Part shown: one piece after another, positions 26,445 to 35,353 of the stretch
Position numbering within the stretch: position 1 is the first letter of the stretch
Layout of the letters: each line of letters starts with the position of its first letter
Source: Chlorobiota bacterium
GTDB taxonomy: Bacteria; Bacteroidota; Bacteroidia; Bacteroidales; F082
Reading direction: 5' to 3'
Assembly: GCA_030618545.1 (NCBI GenBank)
Contig: JAUXDH010000001.1
Location: 3,247-67,246 of the forward strand
DNA length: 64,000 bases
Position numbers and translations under genes: made by a program
Notes under the pieces: model-generated
What the model was told of the DNA's origin: nothing
Seen by the model: only the letters and a program-made list of their open reading frames with translations
The model's database searches: none

Positions 26445-27659
26445 ATGAAAATCATTTCTGTTGTTGGCGCTCGTCCCAATTTTATGAAGATTGCCCCATT
26501 TATCAGGGCGATAAAAGACTTTAATAGTAGGCAAACCGTTCCTCATGGTCCGGCAATCGGCAGTCAGGAAGAACTGATTGAACATATCCTTGTACACACA
26601 GGTCAGCATTACGATGATCGTATGTCGAAGGCTTTTTTTAAGGCGCTAAATATTCCGGAGGCTGATATCAACCTGGGTGTTGGTTCCGGCAGCCATGCTG
26701 AGCAGGTAGGCCAGACCATGATGGCGTTCGAAAAAGTTCTGGAAAAGGAAAAGCCTGATTGGGTAGTTGTGGTAGGTGATGTGAATGCCACACTTGCCTG
26801 TTCAGTTACCGCTAAGAAACAGCTTGTAAAAGTTTGTCATATCGAGGCAGGACTGCGTAGCAGGGATATGGCTATGCCGGAAGAGATTAACAGGCTGGTG
26901 ACCGACAGGCTCTCAGATCTATTGTTAACACCCGATACACTTTCGTCAGAAAACTTACGTGATGAAGGAACGCCGGACAACAATATCGTTTTCGTGGGCA
27001 ACATCATGATAGATACGCTCGAAGCCAACCGCAGAAAGGCAGAGAGAATTTCGATGGAAAGCATTCTCAAAAACAATCTTTTACTTCAAAAGCAATTCAT
27101 CCATCCTGGTGAAGATAAAGATTATGCTTTGATTACCCTCCACCGCCCATCCAACGTTGACCATCCGGATGTGCTCACTCCGCTTATCAACTTCCTGCTT
27201 GATGAAGTTACCCCTGATATGCCACTTATCTGGCCCATACATCCCCGGACTGAAAAACGATTAAAAACATTTGGGATATGGGATCGTATCGTTGAGAATC
27301 CCGGAGTGATTCTTTTACATCCCATCGGCTATCATGAAATGCTTCGCCTGAATATGCATGCAAGAATCATTCTCACCGACAGTGGCGGACTTCAGGAAGA
27401 AAGTACCGTACTGGGAACACCCTGTCTTACATTGCGCTGGAATACCGAGCGTCCGATTACTTTGCGTGAGCACGGTGGGGCATCTGTACTTGTAGGCAAT
27501 AATGTAGACCGCATTCGAAAGGAATACCACCATACTCTCCGGATTAACAGAAAGCCTCAGCGTCCGGAACTGTGGGATGGAAGAACAGCTATGCGTTGTG
27601 TTGAGGCTATTGTTAATTATGATCCTGCCGGGAGTGAACGGAAAGACAATCAAATCTAA
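26445..27659 (+). CDS. wecB: UDP-N-acetylglucosamine 2-epimerase (non-hydrolysing)
   Basis: 404 aa. Motifs VVGARPNFMKIAP, HTGQHYD and GGLQEE. Confidence 0.92.
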   Translation: MKIISVVGARPNFMKIAPFIRAIKDFNSRQTVPHGPAIGSQEELIEHILVHTGQHYDDRMSKAFFKALNIPEADINLGVGSGSHAEQVGQTMMAFEKVLEKEKPDWVVVVGDVNATLACSVTAKKQLVKVCHIEAGLRSRDMAMPEEINRLVTDRLSDLLLTPDTLSSENLRDEGTPDNNIVFVGNIMIDTLEANRRKAERISMESILKNNLLLQKQFIHPGEDKDYALITLHRPSNVDHPDVLTPLINFLLDEVTPDMPLIWPIHPRTEKRLKTFGIWDRIVENPGVILLHPIGYHEMLRLNMHARIILTDSGGLQEESTVLGTPCLTLRWNTERPITLREHGGASVLVGNNVDRIRKEYHHTLRINRKPQRPELWDGRTAMRCVEAIVNYDPAGSERKDNQI

Positions 27660-27781
27660 GGTACGCCCGCAAAGAGCATAACTATAACTTTTAGCCAATT
27701 AATCGATTTACCAATTAACTAATTCACCAATTATCCAGTTCACTTTATTACCTACCTTAGCCGCCAATTAAAACCGAATTA

Positions 27782-28642
27782 TTGTACATCCTATCCTTCG
27801 ACATAGAAGACTGGTTCCACATCTTTGATGATGCTTACTACAACAAGCCTGAAAAATGGGATAGTCTGCCGGCACGTGTGGTTCGGAACACCAATTGGCT
27901 GCTGTCCTTTCTGGATGAAAACAATCTTAAAGCTACATTCTTCTGCCTGGGATGGGTGGTGGAAAAATATCCGGATCTCATCCGTAAGATAAGCGACAAA
28001 GGTCATGAACTGGCTGCACATTCGTACTTACATACCAAGGTTCATCATCTGTCAAGTAAAGATTTTAATAAGGATACAGAATTAGTTATAAAACGGCTGC
28101 AGGACGTTACAGGTAAGCCGATACAGATTTACCGGGCACCCGGCTTTTCACTTAATAAAAATACTCTTTGGGCATTTGAAATTCTTCATGCACATGGCAT
28201 CACTATCGACAGTTCGCTAAAATCAAACCTGCATATGGGGTTTCCCGGACGAATACCACCGGAAGCATTTCTTTTAAAATGCAATGGCTATTCAATCAAG
28301 GAATTTCCAACCAGGACATTCAATCTGGGCGGTAAACATATTATCTATTCAGGAAGTGGGTATTTCCGTTTATGGCCATACTGGTTTGTTAAAAAAATGT
28401 TCAGGTCTTCAGGTTATGAAATGGCCTATTTTCACCCCCGCGATTTTGATGACCATATTCATAAGTTGTTTAAAGGAAATCCATATCTGCAGTTGCGCTA
28501 CCGAATTGGAACAAGCCATTCGCGTAAGAAATTTCAATCAATGGTGAATGATTTTAATTTCCTCACGGTTGGTGGTGCTGCTGAACAATTAAGATGGGAG
28601 GATGCAAAAGAGTTAAAACTGGTAAACGGAAAATTAGTGTAA
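27782..28642 (+). CDS. Polysaccharide deacetylase family protein with a DUF3473-type C-terminus
   Basis: 286 aa with a TTG start. N-terminal ILSFDIEDWFH is the hallmark of the DUF3473/PEP-CTERM-locus-associated deacetylases. Confidence 0.8.
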   Translation: MYILSFDIEDWFHIFDDAYYNKPEKWDSLPARVVRNTNWLLSFLDENNLKATFFCLGWVVEKYPDLIRKISDKGHELAAHSYLHTKVHHLSSKDFNKDTELVIKRLQDVTGKPIQIYRAPGFSLNKNTLWAFEILHAHGITIDSSLKSNLHMGFPGRIPPEAFLLKCNGYSIKEFPTRTFNLGGKHIIYSGSGYFRLWPYWFVKKMFRSSGYEMAYFHPRDFDDHIHKLFKGNPYLQLRYRIGTSHSRKKFQSMVNDFNFLTVGGAAEQLRWEDAKELKLVNGKLV

Positions 28643-28750
28643 GGCTTAAAGTCCTTTAGAAAAAGAATTTACAGATATAATAATAACTACTAACATCAGA
28701 TGTGAACTTAACCCTAAACTCTTGTCAATTGAAGTTCTTGTATTTTAGAA

Positions 28751-28758
28751 TATATTTG
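28751..28758 (+). promoter_or_regulatory. -7 box candidate (TATATTTG) upstream of the wecA-type remnant
   Basis: Exact TAnnTTTG match about 70 nt upstream of the ORF at 28830. Confidence 0.3.
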
Positions 28759-28829
28759 TCACTACCAAGATCCGCCTATAGATGTAGTATCTTTTCCTCT
28801 ATGAAAAACTAATACCTATAGAAGCATTA

Positions 28830-29285
28830 TTGCTTGCTTTTATCATCACTTTCCTTGCAATACCATCTATTGTTGACGTAGCTCGCAAAAAGCATTTGGT
28901 TGATGTTCCCAATGGTCGCACTTCACATGATATTAACACGCCAACACTTGGAGGACTATCCATATTTGCCGGGTTTGTCATCTCGACAATGATTTATGAT
29001 ACCATCAGGGTTTTTGTCCTGAGAATGATACATGGCCGATCACCTTTCTTCCCAGATAAGGAACATGTGCACCATTATATGCTGGAACTTACAGGCAGCC
29101 ATAAAAAAACCACCGCGATTATTCTTCTTGTGAATATCCTTTTTATTATAATTGCTTTCAGCCTCTCAAGCCTCAGAACCTACCAGTTATTTCTTATTCT
29201 TATTGGCCTTGCAGCAATTTTTTCCTATATCCCCTATATTCTTGTTAAAAGAAAAAGAATAAAACTGGCCACTAAACCTGATTGA
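28830..29285 (+). pseudogene. Glycosyltransferase family 4 (WecA/MraY-type undecaprenyl-phosphate sugar-1-P transferase) remnant with an in-frame internal deletion
   Basis: The 151-aa ORF joins a WecA-type N-terminus (ITFLAIPSIVDVARKKHLVDVPNGRTSH..TPTLGGLSIFAGF) directly to a WecA-type C-terminus (DTIRVFVLRMIHGRSPFFPDKEHVHHYML). The central N..N..DG.DGL and GD.GS catalytic blocks are absent. Full-length family members are about 330-400 aa. Confidence 0.6.
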
Positions 29286-29487
29286 TCTGTTGGCAGGGTA
29301 ATCAGGAACATCTCTTCCACTTATCATGTAAACATTTACGTATCATCCGGTAATCATTATTTTGCCTGCTGGGACTTTCTTTGCAATTTTGATGGAACAA
29401 ATGGGATAAAACTCCCCTGGGTAAAAGTTTAATAAACTCCAGTGTTATTCCATTTCTCTCCATATTAATTAATGAGCCTTTCAAGTT

Positions 29488-29520
29488 GCGCAGGTCTTTT
29501 CAGCCTGCGCTTCTTTGATT
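29488..29520 (+). terminator. Intrinsic-terminator-like hairpin
   Basis: GCGCAGG (29488-29494) pairs with CCTGCGC (29504-29510) around a 9-nt loop, followed by TTCTTTGATTT. Confidence 0.5.
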
Positions 29521-29705
29521 TGGATAAAAAGGTACATCAACATTGATATCATATCTATTTTGGTGAGCCCGGAATCCATGCAAAAGGTAGATTATTTTTA
29601 AGTTTATTTTACATTACACCCGTAAAAATGATGATTTCGCACCTTTGGCGCTTTTGGTGATTGATCTAATAATCTCCGGGCTGCAACCCGGAGCTGTTGA
29701 TAGTT

Positions 29706-29730
29706 GCCCCCGTTGGGGCTTTCTCAATTT
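29706..29730 (+). terminator. Intrinsic-terminator-like hairpin (second of two in the spacer)
   Basis: GCCCC-CGTT-GGGGC followed by TTTCTCAATTT. It is preceded by another perfect 7-bp hairpin, CTCCGGG-CTGCAA-CCCGGAG, at 29674-29693. Confidence 0.45.
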
Positions 29731-29852
29731 ATACTCAAGATGTTATTGAATATAGGACACCCGATATTGTAAAACAAATAATTCTAATTCACTGTCGTAC
29801 TGTAAATTAAAAAGTATAAAAAATTAATCCCGGTAAAGTTGCGAAAAACAGG

Positions 29853-29910
29853 GGAGTCCGTACGACCGACGGAAGTCCGTATGACCAGAAGGAATCCGTA
29901 TGGATGGATG
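29853..29910. repeat. Three direct copies of a GGA(A/G)..TCCGTA(C/T)G core at exact 19-nt spacing
   Basis: TCCGTA occurs at 29857-29862, 29876-29881 and 29895-29900. Each copy is preceded by GGAG/GGAAG/GGAA and followed by CG/TG. Confidence 0.8.
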
Positions 29911-30013
29911 TCACGACATTTTGTAAGATGGTAGTGCCACAGAGGATTTTCCGTAATAATTTTTCGCCACTAAGGCGCCATTCCGAAAGCTTCCAGCGAT
30001 TCTATTTGTAGTA

Positions 30014-30238
30014 TCAATTATTGTTTTTTCTAAGATCGTAATACCTTTTGGTGCCATAAACAAAACCCAGGCCTATGAGCAATATCGTTCCTGAAACAAG
30101 GGATGCGTTACCGCCAGGTTCCTGATTATTAGTGCTGCCATGATCACCTGGTGGTTCCGGTGGGACCTGGGCATTTATTCCGAAAGAAAAGAATATTAAT
30201 AAAATAAGGCCGATGATCATCTTTTTTACTTTTTTCAT
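30014..30238 (-). CDS. Small exported protein: signal peptide, Pro/Gly-rich spacer, C-terminal TM helix and basic tail (resembles a sorting signal)
   Basis: 74 aa: MKKVKKMIIGLILLIFFSFGINA / QVPPEPPGDHGSTNNQEPGGNAS / LVSGTILLIGLGFVYG / TKRYYDLRKNNN. It lies 20 nt downstream of the LTD/T9SS gene on the same strand. Confidence 0.6.
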   Translation of the reverse strand: MKKVKKMIIGLILLIFFSFGINAQVPPEPPGDHGSTNNQEPGGNASLVSGTILLIGLGFVYGTKRYYDLRKNNN

Positions 30239-30258
30239 TGCTATTTGGTGTTGGAGGT

Positions 30259-33102
30259 TTACTTTATGAATACTTTCTGAATTTTGAAATTATCTTTCAT
30301 TTGCACACGGATGATATAAACACCTGGATTTTGATCAAGCCTTAAACTGCTAAGGGAAGTCCCTTCCAGTTCTCCCGTGAAGACATACCGGCCCATGGTG
30401 TTGATAACTTCAACTTTTATGGGATTGTGAGGTACTTGTTTAAATTTGAAATAAACCGTTTTATCGTGGGCATAAATTTTCACATCTTCATCTGAAATTG
30501 ATTCCCCAATACTCGTAACATTATAAAAATGGAGCATAAACCTGTTTTCATTGCCTTCACTTTCTGCTGTAAATGTGTATTGTTCTTCACCTAAATTAAA
30601 CAGATCCCCGGTTGCCATATCTTCAATGTAAATATCGAAATCACCATCCTGGAAAGAATTTGAACCTTCCGATGAAATGGAAAATGTGCCGCTCAATCCG
30701 GTAATGAATCCCAGTGCTAATTCAAACTCATCCAGTGAAAAGGGAAGGCAATTGATCGAATAATCCACTCCGGAAATACTGGTAAACAACTGTGGGCCAT
30801 CAGATGAGCCAAACAACTTGTAGGCATCAAAAGCCTGATCGAATTCACCGGTTGCATCTTCCCTGAACTGGATATAAGTGTTGTTTAAAAAATCCTCGTT
30901 TGCAATGCTTACTTTTAGGGTGTTGGCAGGCAATTCACTATTGGTGTTTTTCAGGAAACCGGAACTTCCGTGAACCTGATCTGCAGCTTCCATTGTAATC
31001 GATTGACTTGCTGATCCGGCTTTTGCGAAGAATCCATTGGTGACAGGGATGTGTCCATCGGTCAAATCTCCCGTTGTTCCGTTCCAACTCACATAGGTAT
31101 TGTCACTACCTTTTAATACATAAACCGAACCATCAACATCTACCGATTTAGTGAGAAGATCCCAGTCAAGCGCCGAAGGGAAGGGATTACCAAGTAAATT
31201 CCAGCCCTCACCCTGAGCGGTGGTAAAAGATAGGTTTTGGGTTTGTGGAATCATGTTAAGGTCACCAAAGAATTCACCATCATTTTGTGACACATAAGCT
31301 ACCAGATATCCTTTTCCAACGAGAAACTCAGTATCGGTGAAGTTGCCGCCGAAATAGTTTAACCAGGAGTTGTTTGTTTCATCCCAATCGTAAAAGTCAT
31401 CCGACCCGCTGACAGGTTCAAAATAAGAGCCGGCAATAATAAAACCTGATACAGGCGCTGACAAGAAGTGGAAACCGTCACCACTGCCGGAGTATTCATC
31501 AATGGATCGATGTACCTTTGAAAAACCGTTAACGGATAAATAATTCACGCCTACCAATGATGCATCAGATTCAATAAGCAGGCTGTTGCATATCGGTCCG
31601 GGCACTGTCAACGTAGGATAATGCGAAAGAAGAGATGGAATTACTGCTCTTGAATCAGCATCAGGAAAGTTATTCGACCAGTTATCACTATCTTCCCAGG
31701 TTGTTGTTGCCTGGCTGCCATTCCATAACGTCACTGCTTTGAACCAGTTTCCATCAATGGTTTTATTCGGTGAAAACAATGTACCTCCGGAACCGGTTGC
31801 TGTGGAATGTTTGACAAACTCACCAGTGAAATCAGGATCGCGTGTAATAGACTGGTTGTCGCCGCCTTCTGATCCAAAAGTAACATTTGTCACCACCGTG
31901 CCTGAGGCATCTTTCAATATAACATCATCTCCACCATTATTCAATCCAAGCGATCCTGAGCTTGCCGTTTGAACATCATAATAATCGAATCCGGTTGGCG
32001 TTCCTCCTCCAAAAACAACCACTGCATCATTGGGCTGAAGTATTGTTCCCACAGGATAAGTATGACGCACGTTCACTGCATCACTTAAGGTAAATTGGCT
32101 GATATCAATAGCAGTGGTAGTGGAGTTAACAATCTCAACAAATTCATCCTGGCTGGTACTTACCGTTCCATCACCATTTGCATCACCATCTATCGCATCC
32201 GGATCGGCAAGAATTTCATTAATCACAATTGTTACGTCAGCCACAAGGTAACTTTGCTGAGGTGAGGTGGTTGTTTCGGCTTCATCATCGGTTGCCTCAA
32301 TCACAAAATAAACCGATGTTCCATCCGGCTGTGCCGGAATATCGCTATCCGTTTGATAGGAGTCACCTGCATCAATTGACATGGAAATTGTGTTTGGATA
32401 AGGGCCGCCATCAGTTGTTCCCCAGTTGCAGACAACACTGGAAACCACATTATCATCTGTTACAGTAGCCGTAACCACCACTGTTTCGGATGATGAAGGA
32501 TATTCCGGAGCATGAACTATATTAGTAATAACCGGTCCCTGGTTTCCCCCGCTTCCAAATGACTGGCTATTATTTAAAGCGCCTACAGTACTGGTTGCAG
32601 GCTGTTGCCAGGCAAAATCACTGTATTGTGTGCCGGTACCGGATAGCTGCAGAGACTGACCTTCAGGAACTCCACTTTCCGAAACTCCCATATCGGTTGA
32701 AATAAGTCCATTTGCCGGACCGTTCGTTGCTGTGAATGTGCCCTCATAACTCAAAAACTGACCTGAAATAGCCAGTCCGTCATAACTTATCGCTAATCCA
32801 TCGGGGGCGCCATTTTGGATTGATCCGGGATACCAGTAATAAATAGTAAAACTTCCTTCGGTGTTTCCAACGGTGAAGTTGTCAGCGCTTTCATTACTGT
32901 ACCATTCACCGCTGGCCCCATTGTAAAGAAATACTTCGAACAAAGAGAGCGTATAATTTTCAGGATTTTCAATAACAATCTCAACCACTTCATCCTGGTC
33001 GCCACCTGAATCATCATAATGTAGTTCATTGATCCAGGTGTTTTGACTCATTAACCAGGTGGTTGAAAACGAAAGCAGAATTAATAGCGTGAACTTTTTC
33101 AT
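30259..33102 (-). CDS. Lamin-tail-domain (LTD) surface protein with a T9SS C-terminal sorting domain
   Basis: 947 aa with a signal peptide. Two LTD starts (WINELHYDDSGGDQDEVVEIV and VINEILADP...DEFVEIVN). The C-terminal ~80 aa (VKIYAHDKTVYF...VINTMGRYVF...GVYIIRV...QKVFIK) looks like a type A Por/T9SS CTD. Confidence 0.85.
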   Translation of the reverse strand: MKKFTLLILLSFSTTWLMSQNTWINELHYDDSGGDQDEVVEIVIENPENYTLSLFEVFLYNGASGEWYSNESADNFTVGNTEGSFTIYYWYPGSIQNGAPDGLAISYDGLAISGQFLSYEGTFTATNGPANGLISTDMGVSESGVPEGQSLQLSGTGTQYSDFAWQQPATSTVGALNNSQSFGSGGNQGPVITNIVHAPEYPSSSETVVVTATVTDDNVVSSVVCNWGTTDGGPYPNTISMSIDAGDSYQTDSDIPAQPDGTSVYFVIEATDDEAETTTSPQQSYLVADVTIVINEILADPDAIDGDANGDGTVSTSQDEFVEIVNSTTTAIDISQFTLSDAVNVRHTYPVGTILQPNDAVVVFGGGTPTGFDYYDVQTASSGSLGLNNGGDDVILKDASGTVVTNVTFGSEGGDNQSITRDPDFTGEFVKHSTATGSGGTLFSPNKTIDGNWFKAVTLWNGSQATTTWEDSDNWSNNFPDADSRAVIPSLLSHYPTLTVPGPICNSLLIESDASLVGVNYLSVNGFSKVHRSIDEYSGSGDGFHFLSAPVSGFIIAGSYFEPVSGSDDFYDWDETNNSWLNYFGGNFTDTEFLVGKGYLVAYVSQNDGEFFGDLNMIPQTQNLSFTTAQGEGWNLLGNPFPSALDWDLLTKSVDVDGSVYVLKGSDNTYVSWNGTTGDLTDGHIPVTNGFFAKAGSASQSITMEAADQVHGSSGFLKNTNSELPANTLKVSIANEDFLNNTYIQFREDATGEFDQAFDAYKLFGSSDGPQLFTSISGVDYSINCLPFSLDEFELALGFITGLSGTFSISSEGSNSFQDGDFDIYIEDMATGDLFNLGEEQYTFTAESEGNENRFMLHFYNVTSIGESISDEDVKIYAHDKTVYFKFKQVPHNPIKVEVINTMGRYVFTGELEGTSLSSLRLDQNPGVYIIRVQMKDNFKIQKVFIK

Positions 33103-33196
33103 AACATTGATTTTTGGTTTGTGAACACTGAGTGCGTTCGGGTCAAATGTAATAAGATCAGGTAATCAGAAAGGTAAGCAGGTTCCTATATACAGG

Positions 33197-33661
33197 TTAT
33201 TCTTTACTTCTTTTTACTATCAATCCTACCTCAACGATGCCGGGAGTATCGTATTTAGGGTATTTGTTTTCAATCCTTACCTTACATTTTCCATTCTGAT
33301 AAAAAGGCATGCCTTTCCTGATCGGCAGTTCAATATCCCACAATTCACCCATACCATCAGCAAGCCATTTCCCATTATCAGCCTTCAGGTTGAAATCATA
33401 ATCTCTCGATCTCATTTCGCCATCAGGTGAGTAGAAAGTAATATTTACAAAGAGTTTGTCATAAGGAAAGTCGGTGTGGTGTCGAAGGAAAAGATAAAAA
33501 TCGAGCTGGTCACCGTTTTTCACAGGGACATCAAACTCCAGTATGTCAAAGCGCTTCCAATTGAGATTTTCCAATTTCACATAATCGCGGTAAACAGCAG
33601 CTTCACGGCAGGAAGAAAATAATATGATTAATGCAAGGTAGAAAAGTACCGGTCTTTTCAT
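33197..33661 (-). CDS. gldH: Gliding-motility lipoprotein GldH
   Basis: 154 aa. Lipobox LFSSC. The overall pattern (..W....F.F.V......Y.....LRH..DFPY..LF.......P.G........G.G......P......F...G.Y...I......GI.EVGL) resembles F. johnsoniae GldH as I recall it. Confidence 0.72.
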   Translation of the reverse strand: MKRPVLFYLALIILFSSCREAAVYRDYVKLENLNWKRFDILEFDVPVKNGDQLDFYLFLRHHTDFPYDKLFVNITFYSPDGEMRSRDYDFNLKADNGKWLADGMGELWDIELPIRKGMPFYQNGKCKVRIENKYPKYDTPGIVEVGLIVKRSKE

Positions 33662-33672
33662 GAAAAAGAGAA

Positions 33673-35280
33673 TTATAAATCGTAATAAAACCTGCTGAGC
33701 GAGGTTCTTAACCCAAAATGAATAAACGAGGTGTTCACGGTTTCCCGATCATTGGTTGAATTTCTGTAAGTAAATCCCAGAGCAATATTAAGGTTATAGG
33801 CCGGGTTGATCAGCCAGCTAACAGTAAGATCATTGTAAATGACCGTTGTTGACAGGCCCTGTCCTACTTTAACGTCATAATCACTTACCCGGGTTGTATA
33901 AGGTTCGTAAATATTCTTTCCAAAGTTTTGGTCATCGTAATCCAGTCCATATCGGGCATATTGAAACTGGTATTTAAAATAGAAGCGGCGGTAATTATAC
34001 TTGATAAAGTTAACCGATTCCCAGAAGTTGGCACCAAGCGGATGGCCAACTGCCGCATTGTAATGTCCGTAGTTTGTAATCGTTTTCTCGTGTGCAAAAG
34101 TGTAAGGCCTCACCCAGTTGAACTCTGTCTGAAAAAAAAGATTCTTTACCCTGAACAGGTTGAAACTCTTAAACCCGAGTTGCCAGCCAAACTTATTTCC
34201 CCACCAGCCATTGTCGTCCGTGAACTCACTGAGTTTAAACTCGTCAAGAATTAACTGCCCGTAGAAGGTGCTGTGCTTGCCTGCGATAAAACTCATATTC
34301 AATCCTATCATGGCATTATCGGGAGATCCCATGGAAAACTCCACAGGCCGTAGAAAAATAATGGGATTGAGGTAGGTTACATCAAATCCCCTGTAACCCG
34401 TACTGTCCTGTGTTTGCCAGACAATAGTTTCAAAAATGCCTATGCTGAATCGTTTGGATGCTGCCCACGACAGGTAATGGGTGGTGGTCCATTTTTTTGC
34501 ATACCCCAGGTCGTCGCTCCATTTAAAGTTAATGTCCATCATCTGCGAATACAACACCATATAATTGATATGCCAGAATTTGGCAGTGATCTTCAGGAAA
34601 GGATAGTTGAATGCATTATCTGAAAGCAAAAGCGAACGGTATCCATCACCTATGAAGTTATTGTCGTAGCCCAGTTGAAAGTCAAAATATTTGCCGGCAT
34701 TAAATGCAATGTATCCGGAAGCATAAGCATAATCAAAGCCGTCTTCTTTGAAGCTTCTTACCATTCCCTGTCCGGGTACAACCCGGGTTACACGAATATT
34801 AGAATCCAGGTAGTTTACAAAAGAGGCCTGGTTTTCATAAAAGCTGGTATAAAATGAAAATCCTTTACCAATCTCTCCTTTGGCCTCAAATCCGCGGGTA
34901 TTGATAAACCGGGTTTTTTCCTCGTTTGATTCATACCCAACATCGAAGTTCATTAAAGGATTGATGGCAAACCAGAATTTTTCCTTATAAAGTGTGACCA
35001 CATCATCGTTGAGGAATTTATTCCATGCTTTCTGTTTCCATTTCTTTTCAATTGTTTTTTCGAGTCGATTTAGCTGCGTAAGGGAATCATAATTGGCAAT
35101 TTTCTTTATATCTCCAATCCTCCATGCCTGGATTGCGGTGTGGAACCGCGTTTTAGATGAATAGAGTGTGGATTGGACCTCCATGTCATAATCGCGGTTA
35201 AAGTAAGTGTAAAGGTTTTGGGCAGTAAAATCAGAAACAAAACCAAGTAAACAAAGTAATAAGAGCAGCCTGGACATCAT
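33673..35280 (-). CDS. Putative outer-membrane beta-barrel protein (family not recognised with confidence)
   Basis: 535 aa. Signal peptide MMSRLLLLLCLLGFVSDFTAQ. The sequence is rich in alternating aromatic/polar stretches and Gly/Tyr/Asn, and it sits beside gldH. Confidence 0.6.
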   Translation of the reverse strand: MMSRLLLLLCLLGFVSDFTAQNLYTYFNRDYDMEVQSTLYSSKTRFHTAIQAWRIGDIKKIANYDSLTQLNRLEKTIEKKWKQKAWNKFLNDDVVTLYKEKFWFAINPLMNFDVGYESNEEKTRFINTRGFEAKGEIGKGFSFYTSFYENQASFVNYLDSNIRVTRVVPGQGMVRSFKEDGFDYAYASGYIAFNAGKYFDFQLGYDNNFIGDGYRSLLLSDNAFNYPFLKITAKFWHINYMVLYSQMMDINFKWSDDLGYAKKWTTTHYLSWAASKRFSIGIFETIVWQTQDSTGYRGFDVTYLNPIIFLRPVEFSMGSPDNAMIGLNMSFIAGKHSTFYGQLILDEFKLSEFTDDNGWWGNKFGWQLGFKSFNLFRVKNLFFQTEFNWVRPYTFAHEKTITNYGHYNAAVGHPLGANFWESVNFIKYNYRRFYFKYQFQYARYGLDYDDQNFGKNIYEPYTTRVSDYDVKVGQGLSTTVIYNDLTVSWLINPAYNLNIALGFTYRNSTNDRETVNTSFIHFGLRTSLSRFYYDL

Positions 35281-35353
35281 TGAAGAGTGTAATCTATTTA
35301 ATAAACATATTTAAAATCAATTCAAATGTATAAAAATCAGGCCGTCTGCAAAC

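Noticed and set aside
29302-29484. 60-aa minus-strand ORF in the spacer
   Set aside because: It has no recognisable motif, no -7 box and an odd Cys/Lys/Arg composition. It lies between wecA debris and a plus-strand terminator, so it is most likely non-coding.
29674-29719. The hairpin pair as a tRNA or tRNA fragment (the CTGCAA loop contains GCA)
   Set aside because: The first hairpin has a 7-bp stem and a 6-nt loop, not 5 bp and 7 nt. The second has a 4-nt loop and no T-loop consensus. There are no acceptor or D arms.
30014-30238. The PEP tripeptide (VPPEPPG) as a canonical PEP-CTERM motif
   Set aside because: It lies about 20 residues before the TM helix, whereas genuine PEP-CTERM places PEP immediately before it. 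I keep only the generic format resembling a sorting signal, as a hypothesis.
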